Below, one piece after another: positions 1-9,289 of a DNA stretch of 64,000 bases (positions are counted from its first letter, which is position 1; each line of letters begins with the position of its first letter). Under the pieces are notes generated by a model, which had not been told where the DNA came from, ran no database searches, and saw only the letters and a list, made by a program, of their open reading frames with translations. The position numbers and the translations under genes were made by a program. Source of the DNA: Nitrosopumilus sp. (GTDB taxonomy: Archaea > Thermoproteota > Nitrososphaeria > Nitrososphaerales > Nitrosopumilaceae); assembly GCA_965214775.1 (NCBI GenBank), contig OZ243974.1, positions 1,888,001-1,952,000 of the forward strand, read 5' to 3'.

Positions 1-98
1 AGAATCTCTTTTTTATCCAATGCTCAGGCTGTTCTATTCCGATATTAAGAATTGTCGATTAATAATACATTAAATACGCTATATTCCAAATCCTATCT

Positions 99-608
99 GT
101 GTTTGGCAGAAAACCTACTCTCAAAGAGGGCATTCATGTTTTTTCTGTAAGGAAAAATGGCGATTTTAACGACTTTGTCTTTGGAATTGTCACCGGCGTG
201 GAAGGACGAAAAGTGGGCGTTAATGGCGTTGTTGTAAACCCTGTTGGACTGAAAAACAAGATCGAGCAAGGAAAAACGGGCGAACGGTCGCTTGAAATCC
301 TTCAAAATCCAACCCCGGACAATGTTGTTTTGGCATTGGTTTACCGTGTCGAGCATGAAAATTTCACAAAGGTTCTGGATCTTGACCAAGACAAGTGCGA
401 CATCCTTCCACCTAAAGTTTACACGATGCTAGACGGATGGGTTCGCGAATCCCTGCCTGAATTTATCAACACCGTACTGTCATTGCCCCCCGGCTCTGAG
501 AGGGATGAGGCAAAGAGGGTTCTAAAACAAAAGATGGATTCCCTGGTTGACAAGAATCTGAAACGTACGCTTTATTCGGTCTGCAGAAGTCTCAAAATCC
601 TGAATTAG
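99..608 (+). CDS. conserved hypothetical protein (thaumarchaeal backbone-type)
   Basis: 169-aa ORF with an AT-rich TATA-like leader and backbone-like base composition; no motif recognised. Confidence 0.7.
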   Translation: MFGRKPTLKEGIHVFSVRKNGDFNDFVFGIVTGVEGRKVGVNGVVVNPVGLKNKIEQGKTGERSLEILQNPTPDNVVLALVYRVEHENFTKVLDLDQDKCDILPPKVYTMLDGWVRESLPEFINTVLSLPPGSERDEAKRVLKQKMDSLVDKNLKRTLYSVCRSLKILN

Positions 609-766
609 TTCAGGCGCAATTCCGGTACCGTTTTCTTGCGTGTTCTTCTAGGTGCCACTCTTCGGCCACTTCTTGATTTTGTCTTGATCCGTCTTGTTCC
701 GTCAAAAATCTCTATAAAATCATACAAAGTCCATGATTTCTCTCTTTGTTTGAAACTCTTAACTCA

Positions 767-1082
767 TCATTGGTATCGTGAGATAAGCCTGTATTTCATG
801 CTTCTGACATCGCACCATCTTCTGGCATATTCTGCCTTTCTTTTCGTTTTTGGTAATTCTAGCATGTGGCTGCTCTTCATCTCGACTAGCTCTGTTGTGC
901 CGTCTATCTTCTCCACCAGGAAATCCGGCTTGTAGTATTTGTATTTCTTGTCTTCATCCTCATAAGGTATTCGAATTCCGTGGTTTTTGGTCCATTTCTT
1001 TACGGTATCGTCTTTCTCCAGCTCCCTCATATAGTCACGTTCCCATGACGAATCGTAATATTCTATAGAGTAGGCACTTTTT
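767..1082 (-). pseudogene. TnsA/T4 gp4-like PD-(D/E)xK endonuclease, 5'-truncated by IS66 end
   Basis: YDSSWERDY upstream of the listed Met, then IPY...YKPDFLV...VEMK...WC; reading frame runs into the IS terminus at 1083. Confidence 0.65.
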
Positions 1083-2718
1083 GTATGAGGTCACCTATTC
1101 CCCCACATTAGGTCAAATATTGATGACGATGCCGATCCTTATACCATGATCGCGTATACTAGACATTATGAAAGGTCAACCCTCCACATACTGTGAGATC
1201 GAGGCATCTATAGCATCGTCGACGGAGAGGATACAGAGTCTGGAAAAGGGCATCAAGGAACGTGACAACATCATCAAGGAACGTGACAACATCATCAAGG
1301 AACAGGGCACGACCATTGAGAAACTAAACAACATAATCAAGGATCAGGGCAGCAGGCTCCGATACTATGAGAACGAGAACTCGCCCCCGTCGGCAGACTC
1401 GCTTGCGTGGAAGGAGCAAAAGGCACAGAGGAAAAAGGAGAGGGCCCGATCCGATGCTGCAGCCGGGAATAACGGCACCAGGAATAACAGGAAAAAGCCC
1501 GGCGGCCAAAAGGGCCACAAGGGCGTATCACACATCCACCGGCCCACCCGGGTACAAAGGCACTACTTTCCGGGCGGACAGGCGCCAGAGTGCTGGTGCG
1601 GCACCACCACGAAGATCATGAACAGGCCGCAGACACGCGACATGATTGGATTTGAGATCAAGGCGATTGAGACTCGCCACGAGTCGCAGAGGGCAGTATG
1701 CCCAAAGTGCGGCACGTATCATATTGCCCCCAACGGCCTGCCCCGATGCGGCAACTACGACACGAGCGTGGTCACAGCCGTCACCAAGCTGCGCAGCGAG
1801 GGCGTTCCATACAGCAGGATCCCAGGCATCCTGTCAGATATCACGGGCGTGGACATGTCAAAGTCAACTGCAATCAACAACGTGGGGCGCGTCTGCGAGG
1901 CCGCAAAGGCGCCTGCCGAGGCCATCGCAAAGGAGGTAAAGAGCTCAAAGACCGTCTGCATAGACGAGACGGGGATCAACCTGGCAGGCAAGACGGGGTG
2001 GGTGTGGACCATACTGTCAGCAGCAGGCATACTCATGATATACAACAATACAAGGAAGGCCCTGGTTCTGGACCAGTACATGAGCGGGTACAAGGGCGTC
2101 GTCACATCAGACGGATATCCCGCATACAAGAGGTTCGATCCGGGAGGAAGGCACCAGCGGTGCTGGGCGCACGAGCTGCGATCCCTCCTGTATGGTTCGC
2201 AGAAAAAGGACGCCCCGCTGTTTGCAGGGATCCTGTACCGGCAGGGGCAGCAGCTGTTCGGAGACGCCAAGACGTGTCTAGAAGGGTGGGACAAGCTGTC
2301 CCCCGAGGATCTCCTAGATCTTGAAGAGAGGACGGGAATAAGGGCCGCCGACGGGCTGATGGGCCGGCACTCGCCGGAGCTGCGCCGGCGGTTTGAGACC
2401 AACATGCGCAACGTCCTGTTCGGATACAGGGATACGCAGGACGAATCGTTGAAAGCTCTTGTCAGGCGGATGTACAATGCCCTGCCTGGCCTGTTTGCAT
2501 TCCTGGAATACGAGGACGTCGAGCCCACCAACAATTCTGCAGAGCGGGCACTGCGCCCCGTCGTATTGCAGGACAAGATAAGCGGCCAGATCAAGGGCGG
2601 CCTAGTCTGGATGGACAGGTACGGATGGCTCAATACATGCACCTCGACGTGGAAACTGCAGGGCAAGTCCATCATGGTTGAGGTAGCCAAAATAATTCAG
2701 GGGTAGGTGACCTCATAC
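1083..2718 (+). mobile_element. IS66-family element (single ORF)
   Basis: 15-bp perfect IR GTATGAGGTCACCTA / TAGGTGACCTCATAC; flanks show no target duplication. Confidence 0.9.
1168..2706 (+). CDS. IS66-family transposase
   Basis: NSPPSAD, KPGGQKGHKG, Zn ribbon, IDET, SDGY, HQRCWAH, PTNNSAERALR. Confidence 0.92.
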   Translation: MKGQPSTYCEIEASIASSTERIQSLEKGIKERDNIIKERDNIIKEQGTTIEKLNNIIKDQGSRLRYYENENSPPSADSLAWKEQKAQRKKERARSDAAAGNNGTRNNRKKPGGQKGHKGVSHIHRPTRVQRHYFPGGQAPECWCGTTTKIMNRPQTRDMIGFEIKAIETRHESQRAVCPKCGTYHIAPNGLPRCGNYDTSVVTAVTKLRSEGVPYSRIPGILSDITGVDMSKSTAINNVGRVCEAAKAPAEAIAKEVKSSKTVCIDETGINLAGKTGWVWTILSAAGILMIYNNTRKALVLDQYMSGYKGVVTSDGYPAYKRFDPGGRHQRCWAHELRSLLYGSQKKDAPLFAGILYRQGQQLFGDAKTCLEGWDKLSPEDLLDLEERTGIRAADGLMGRHSPELRRRFETNMRNVLFGYRDTQDESLKALVRRMYNALPGLFAFLEYEDVEPTNNSAERALRPVVLQDKISGQIKGGLVWMDRYGWLNTCTSTWKLQGKSIMVEVAKIIQG

Positions 2719-3181
2719 ATAAATAGTGATCATGACAAATGTGTATGTGGCAGATGACAGTGGCCTGGTGTCGCAGAGATGGGATGCCCAGTATTCTGAC
2801 GGGAGGTATTCTGACATGCCAAACGTGGCCTTCGCCGACCAGATAATACGTGTGCTTGACGGCGAGGCCGACGTTGCCGGCGGGGACGGACTGTATGTCG
2901 GATGCGGCAACGGGAGGAATTTTGTCCCTCTTGCCGACGCCGGACTGGGAATTCGCGGCATCGATGTCTCGCCTGTGGCAATAAGACAGCTGTCCGAGCG
3001 GAGACCGGATCTGGCAGGCAGGGTGTCCTGCGCGGACTTTGCACGATATCCGGAGAGACCGCTGGACTACATAGTCTCGATACAGGCGTTCCAGCACGGG
3101 ACCGGGGCGCAGATCCGGGAATACTTTGAAAAGGTCTCAAGAATGCTGAGGCGCGGCGGCCTGTTCTTTCTGCGCGTAAAC

Positions 3182-5032
3182 GTAACAGGTCGGGCTCTGG
3201 AAGCTCAGGCGTGAATCTTGCAATCCCGGAGGTCACTAGGGCAGCACCTCCAACCAGCAGGCTGATTTGGAAGAATCACAACACATAAAGATCGTTGGAT
3301 CTGCCTTTCCGGTATTGATCGGGGATCCTAGCATTACGGACGTGGATTGGAACAATCCCGATGTGATCCGCCTGTTTGAACACATGAAGTCCAGGATGGA
3401 GGCAGTTGAAAGAGAAAACCTGCACATGAAGTCCAGGATGGAGGCAGTTGAAAGAGAAAACGAACAGCTAAAGGCACTGCTCGGCCAGCAACAGCAGCAG
3501 ACGGCTACCGGATCCGGATCAGCTGCCAGTCCGGCTCCAAAGGAGGCCCGCAAAAATCCGAACTCGCGCGGCTATAACGTGCGCAAGTTCCATGACTTTC
3601 CGCATCCTGAAAAGCCGGCCCCAAAAAGGAAGTTAAAGACCAAACATGCGGCCACCTGCACGGCCACAGCAGACGCCAAGTTCTGCCCCGGCTGCGGTGA
3701 CAAACTCTCTGACTGGTCTGAAGCATATCCAAAGGAATCCGAGGATCTGATAGACGGCAGGTGGACCAAGACAGACTGGAACGTCATCAGGCGCTACTGC
3801 AAGTCGTGCAAGAAAAGGCAGACTGCCCCCGTGCCCGGCGTGCTGCCCCGCGAGCATTATGGCACGCGCATCATCGGAATAATCGCGTTTCTCCGCTGCA
3901 TGTGTATATCCTTTGAAAGGATCCAGATCATTCTGCATACGCTTCACGGCGCATACATACCAACGTCCACCATCATCCGCCTGTGCGACGTCTCGGCAAC
4001 CAGGATGAAGCCCGTATATGACGGCATCCTGGAGGAGATACGGCACTCAGAATCAGTCGCAGGCGACGAGACAGGCTGGTTTCTCAACGGGACGGGCCAC
4101 TGGGTATGGGTGCTTGTGACTAAATTTTCGGCATTCTACCACATAGCGCCGTCCCGCTCAGGCGACGTCATCGATTCCCTGATGGCAGCCTTTGACGGCA
4201 TCGTATCCTCTGACTCGTATTCTGCGTGGAACCGCATCGGCGGCAAGCACCAAAAGTGCCTCCTGCACTACTTTCGGGACATGTACCTGACACTGGAGAA
4301 GAACCCCGGCGCCGAGTACGGCACGCTGTTTTGCAGGCTCCGCGACATCCTAAAGGATGCAATAGAGATGGGCAGGGCCACGCCCGAGGAGGTGGAGTGC
4401 CTCAAGCACCGCATACACAGGCTTGCGTCTGCCGCGTACACGGACAGGGACTGCATCCGGTATACAAAGCGCCTCAAGAGGGAGATCAACGACCTGTTTA
4501 CGTTCCTGGAGCACGACGGCGTGAAATACCACAACAACGACAGCGAGAGGGCACTGCGCATGATTGCAGTGATACGGAAGATCCTGTTCGGGAATAGGTC
4601 CGAGAAGGGGATGAGGATGACTGAGACCCTGTGCACCGTGTATGCCACGTGCGAGCTGCGTGGCGTCAACTTTTGCACGTTCGTAACGGACTATCTTGAC
4701 GGCAGGGTCACGGAGATCCCGATGCCGGCAGAACAGTGCGTCGGTGCGATAGCAGCAGCAACATAACCGGCAAAAGCATGGCAGGCACTCCTGCAGGCGC
4801 ACCGTGAAATCAATTCAGATACGCAGGACTGCTGCTACCATGGAGGTGACATGATGATGATGGTGATGGCAGCAAGCGGTGTGCGATACGAGGATTCGTT
4901 CCGATCCGGCGCGCAGATGCAGTCCTGACTCCCAAAAGACATGGCAGATTGTGCCAAAATCCAGCTTCCAGAGCCCGATCAGACAGATTCGTGCCTGGAA
5001 TCAGGAACAGCTTCCAGAGCCCGACCTGTTAC
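3182..5032 (+). mobile_element. IS66-family element, complete
   Basis: 24-bp perfect IR GTAACAGGTCGGGCTCTGGAAGCT; 8-bp TSD GCGTAAAC at 3174-3181 and 5033-5040. Confidence 0.95.
3267..4766 (+). CDS. IS66-family transposase
   Basis: CPGC/CKSC, GDETGW, SDSYSAW, HQKCLLH, HNNDSERALR. Confidence 0.92.
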   Translation: MEESQHIKIVGSAFPVLIGDPSITDVDWNNPDVIRLFEHMKSRMEAVERENLHMKSRMEAVERENEQLKALLGQQQQQTATGSGSAASPAPKEARKNPNSRGYNVRKFHDFPHPEKPAPKRKLKTKHAATCTATADAKFCPGCGDKLSDWSEAYPKESEDLIDGRWTKTDWNVIRRYCKSCKKRQTAPVPGVLPREHYGTRIIGIIAFLRCMCISFERIQIILHTLHGAYIPTSTIIRLCDVSATRMKPVYDGILEEIRHSESVAGDETGWFLNGTGHWVWVLVTKFSAFYHIAPSRSGDVIDSLMAAFDGIVSSDSYSAWNRIGGKHQKCLLHYFRDMYLTLEKNPGAEYGTLFCRLRDILKDAIEMGRATPEEVECLKHRIHRLASAAYTDRDCIRYTKRLKREINDLFTFLEHDGVKYHNNDSERALRMIAVIRKILFGNRSEKGMRMTETLCTVYATCELRGVNFCTFVTDYLDGRVTEIPMPAEQCVGAIAAAT

Positions 5033-5311
5033 GCGTAAACTCCGCATCCACGGACATCTATTTTGATCACGAGGTGGCAGAGCTGGATGATGCCGGGGGC
5101 TTTACGGTCATGTACAAGGACGGCCCGAAGAGGGGACTGGACATACACTTCTACTCGCGCCGGGAGCTTGACAGGCTGTGCGCGGACTTTGAATACATCG
5201 TTGCGCCCTACGAGCAGACGGCCGATAGGGACCACCCGAAGACGGGCACGTGGTCGCAGTGGGAGGCCGTGCTGCGGAGGAGATGACGACGGCCTGAGGA
5301 TCATTCATTCC

Positions 5312-7879
5312 ATGCAGAAGGCGTATCCGGACTCGCTTGCAGGCAGAAAAATACTGGTGTGCGCACATACGACAGATGCCACCTGCGTTTTTCTCAAGAC
5401 CCTGACCGAATTGGGGGCGGAGGCGTACTATATGCCCATCCAGTATAACAAGAACATGGTATCCATGGGCGACATTGCATCGGTACAAGGAATCCAAACG
5501 GTGAAAGTCCAGGATATTCACCGCATAATTGACACGATCGACGTCATCGTGGAGGATGGCGGCAGAGTAAGCCAGGAAATTCACAAGAGTCTGGGACGAC
5601 CACGCCTCAAGAAGCGACTCTTCTCAATAGAACAGACCACTAGCGGAGTGCGAAGACTTGCAAAACTCGATATGCGGTACCCTGTTTTTAATGTGGCCGA
5701 GTCGTTGCTGAAACTTGGAATCGAAAACTACCAGGCCACCCCAGAAGCCGTCATATCTTCAATACTGTCGGAATCCTGCATGTCGCTATCCGGAATGAGC
5801 GTGCTCGTATTAGGATATGGAATGGTGGGAAGTGGCATCGCCATGTTGTGTGGTGCGCACGGATGCAGTGTGACTGTGGTTGACAATGACAGTGTAAGGA
5901 GGGCTCTTGCGGCATCGCGCGGGTTTCATACGGTTGGTTTGGATGACATGAACTCCGTTATTGGGACGCAGGACATCATTATATCCTGTACTGCAAACAC
6001 ATGCAGTGACTGCCTGAATGTGGAACGGTTTCTTTTGATGAAGGACGGTGCCATGATAGTTAATGCCGGTAGTGGCACAGGAGAGGTTTCTGCAAAAATG
6101 CTCAGTATTGGAAGGTTCGTAAAAAACAAGGCCGAAGTCACTGTCCGAGAGGACAGAGGACACCTTTACTGCACGCTTGTGAAGATGGGACTGATCAAGC
6201 AGATCACCATCCTTGGGTCAGCCCGTCCAATCAATCTAATGTGTGGCAACGGCACGCCGAGTGACGCGATGGATTTTGTGTTTTCCGTAATACTGTTGAT
6301 TTTGATCAAGACAGACCATGATAATTTCACAGATGGGATTCATCCTGTATCTGAGGACATACAGAGGGAGGTGGCTGCAATGTCGGAGCCCGCACCATAT
6401 GCGTTACAGCCAGAACTGCTTCAGTGTGAAAGGATCAATCCGCAAGACCGACCTTGGGGAAGGCTGTTCCAGTTCTCCTCCAAACACGATCTGAAATCAT
6501 TTTCACTGGTGAGGGCCATATGTGTTATATGGAAATAATGTCCGCTATTCATTGATGTCCCTCTCCATCCATTTTGGGTCGGATTTCCTGATCGCTTCTG
6601 TGGCAGTTTTGTCCGAGAACGCCATGATGGGTGTCTGGCGGTGGGCTATGTCCAGCCCAAAGTGTAGCCTGCGCTCGTTGTAATACTTGATGTATGCATC
6701 CAAGCTCTCATAGTGGCGGATCTCAGCCTCTATGCTGCCGTGGAACCGTTCCAACTTGCCGTTGGTCTCCGGATGGTACGGCCTGGAGTTTATCAGCCCG
6801 ATGCCCCGATCCAGCAGCTCGGCCTCAAAGGCAGTCGGCGTCCACGTCCCGCGTGGCATGTTCTTCTTGCTGCGGCCGCCGTTGAAACACCTGCCGTTGT
6901 CAGACAGTATGGTGGCCGGCTTGCCAAACCTGCCTATGGCCTCCCTGAGTGTTATCACCACGTTTTCTGATGTGGCATCTGCAAACGTCCGTGCCGCCGT
7001 GACACACCGGGAGGAATCGTCCAAAAACGTGACTAATTTGAGCCCTCTCAGGCGTGGATCCTTCATTTCGTGCCAGTCCACGTGCCACATTGCGTTGGAG
7101 TACTTGCGCTCATAGCGCAGCCATTTCTTTTGGCCCGACTTGGTATCTGATGCGGCAACGAGTCCCTGCTCCTTCATTATCCGATATACGCTGTTGTAGC
7201 TTATAATGTGACCTGCATCCTGCAGGCGCATGGCAGTGCGCATCACGCCCACGTGCTCTATACAGTGCATGTCCAAGACTGCCTGCACCTGGCCTGCCGC
7301 GGGCTGCGGTGCGGCCTTTCTTCCAGCCTTTTGTTGCACATGCATCTTTCCGGTCCGGCGGTACCTGGCGTAAATCCTCCTCACGTGCCGTGGCGTCACC
7401 TTCATGTCACGGGCCAGCGACGTGGCGCTCTTTCCGGCATTACGTCCCTTGACGATATACCTGATCTCTTTGTCCGACATCTTTCTTGTCATGTCTTTAT
7501 CTGATCGGTACAGCCTGAAATAGTCAGCGATCGTACGCCTTATCTTAGGCGGACCTAATTTCTGTATAAGACACTGGTGAGGGCCATATTTGAGCCAGGC
7601 TCTAAGACAGAGGGCCATTATCATGCGGTTTCCGAGGAAGCATATGTAGTTGAATCTGGAACGGCCGACATCATAACTTGGAATCCACAAAACGTGTTTG
7701 AAAAGACGACGTTTTCCGTAAAGAAGGGGGACTATCTGTCTATTCCAAGAGGCAGAGCCCACAGGGTAGTGGTCACTTCCGATGAGGAGTTTTCATGTCT
7801 GGTGATTGCGTCACCCCCGTTTTCTTTCTGGGACCAGTTCTTCCCACAAGTTCCAGTCGATACGTCAATCACTACATAG
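5312..7879 (+). pseudogene. adenosylhomocysteinase-like protein fused to a C-terminal cupin, split by IS481
   Basis: AHTT, EDGG, EQTTSG, YPVFNVAES, GYGMVG, NAG, INL..G.PS motifs; after removing the IS the frame continues LVRAI|FEPG..GHYH..EEAY..SG..IPRG..H (cupin). Confidence 0.75.
6521..7573 (-). mobile_element. IS481-family element, complete (transposase ~6545-7492)
   Basis: TGT...ACA ends with 24-bp imperfect IR; WHVD, DDSSR, SDNG, NGKLERF motifs; 15-bp TSD CTGGTGAGGGCCATA. Confidence 0.93.
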
Positions 7880-8032
7880 GGTCGATTTGAAATCAACAGG
7901 TTCGGATTACGCATAGACGAACTTGCCCAAATCGATTAGCATTCCTACAAACGGCAAGTATCTGTAAGATTACTTGGCAAATGAGTAAAAATCCAGGTGT
8001 TTGCGCCGTTTCTGATTTTGGATCTTGTCTCT
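7878..8032. mobile_element. degenerate IS5-type MITE
   Basis: similar to the MITE at 46211-46349 (gatt.gaaat ... tatctgt.a.attacttg ... tctgattttggatc). Confidence 0.5.
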
Positions 8033-8299
8033 GCGGGCCTGTACTGTACATATGGACGGCATGGTGGTTATGGCATCGCCGTGGTGCTGGGATTCGTGGG
8101 AGGCATGATTGTCATGGCAGGTGACAGTTATCTGCGGCCGCTGGATTCTACGGCTTGCAGTCCAGATGATCTGGAATGCGTAAACGTCCTTGCGCGCTGC
8201 AAGCTGCTGATGAGCTATGCCTCCGGATTCTACATGGGATTCGGAGGCACCGGCGCATGCCTGACGTGTTTCCGGAGATGGCCGGAGTTAAAGCTGTGA
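7997..8299 (+). CDS. small hypothetical membrane protein (start uncertain)
   Basis: two hydrophobic segments; the listed start lies inside a MITE. Confidence 0.35.
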   Translation: MFAPFLILDLVSAGLYCTYGRHGGYGIAVVLGFVGGMIVMAGDSYLRPLDSTACSPDDLECVNVLARCKLLMSYASGFYMGFGGTGACLTCFRRWPELKL

Positions 8300-8494
8300 G
8301 GGCGCGCAGTATTGTGTATGGTTGGGATTCCTGGCAGGCGACTTTACCGGCGCGCTGTAGTTTGTTGCATAACTTCCTTTTTCGTCAAAAACTCCTGATT
8401 TCGATCACAGATAGATCCGAAATCGACTGTGGTTTTTATCTGGATTTATCATCTAGGACGAATTCGAGTAAAAAAATCGAGTTATGCAACAAAC

Positions 8495-8560
8495 TATCTG
8501 TTTGCACTGCCTTTTATTTTGGCACCATCTGAATTTTGTTTTTGAGACACATATGGTTAC
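8495..8560 (-). mobile_element. remnant left end of the IS1111-type element
   Basis: near-identical to 18768-18831 (ggcaccatctgaattttgtttttgagacacatatggttac). Confidence 0.85.
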
Positions 8561-9277
8561 AGAGCAGCCTGTGGGACTCGGGCCTGATGAGACGGCACAT
8601 CAAAAAGAAGTTCGGCATAGAATACAGCAAGAGCGGCACGCGGCTGCTGGCACGCGAGCTTGGGTTCTCATGGAGGAAGCCGAGGCCCAAGAAACCCAAA
8701 GGCCGTCTCAAAACAAAAGCAGAACGAGTTCAAGGAGGCATCCCAGGAGCTGATACGGGAAAAGGAGGCGCAAGGGTATACGGTACTGGCAGAAGACGAG
8801 TCATCCATACAAAAGACCTCAAACAGCCCCAAACACGGGTGGTTCAGGCGCGGCATGAGCATCACGGCGCCCTTGATGCTGTCACGGCAGTGCCGGTACA
8901 TGTTCGGCGTGCTGGCAGTTAACATATTCTACCATATGTTCTATGACAAGACCAACACCGACAGCTTTTGCGACTTTTTGGAAAAGGTGCACGAAAAGTA
9001 CGGAAAGGTGCTGATATTCCTGGATAATGCGTCATACCACAAGTCTGCCGGTGTAAAAAAGACGCTGGAAAAGTATAACGGCAAGATAATGCTGGAGTAC
9101 CTGCCGCCGTACACGCCGGAGCTCAATCCTGTAGAGATACAGTGGAGGCAGATAAAGCGGAGGCTGTCTGCCAAGGTGTTTGATACGCTTGATGAGATGG
9201 AGCAGTCCGTGCGGAATCTGTTTGCCAGTGGAGAGATCCTACAGGTAAAGATGTTCCGATATTTGATGGGTTAACTA
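8561..9277 (+). pseudogene. IS630-family transposase, 5'-truncated and frameshifted
   Basis: paralog of 56039-57148; DES, DNASYH, PELNPVE; extra base near 8690. Confidence 0.88.
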
Positions 9278-9289
9278 CTGCAGCAATAA

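Larger units (their letters stand above)
2726..5286 (+). pseudogene. class I SAM-dependent methyltransferase split by IS66 (2726-3181 + 5041-5286)
   Basis: VGCGNGRN and GIDVS motifs; removing the IS and one TSD copy restores the frame LFFLRVN|SASTD. Confidence 0.85.

Noticed and set aside
1324-2690. Numerous long antisense or overlapping ORFs inside GC-rich transposases
   Set aside because: Expected shadow ORFs with no recognisable motifs
4879-5032. ORF start MCDTRIRSDP, also at 46586
   Set aside because: Translation of the non-coding IS66 right end
5063-5311. N-terminal extension of the 491-aa ORF
   Set aside because: Overlaps the true methyltransferase 3' half in another frame; AHCY-like similarity starts near 5312
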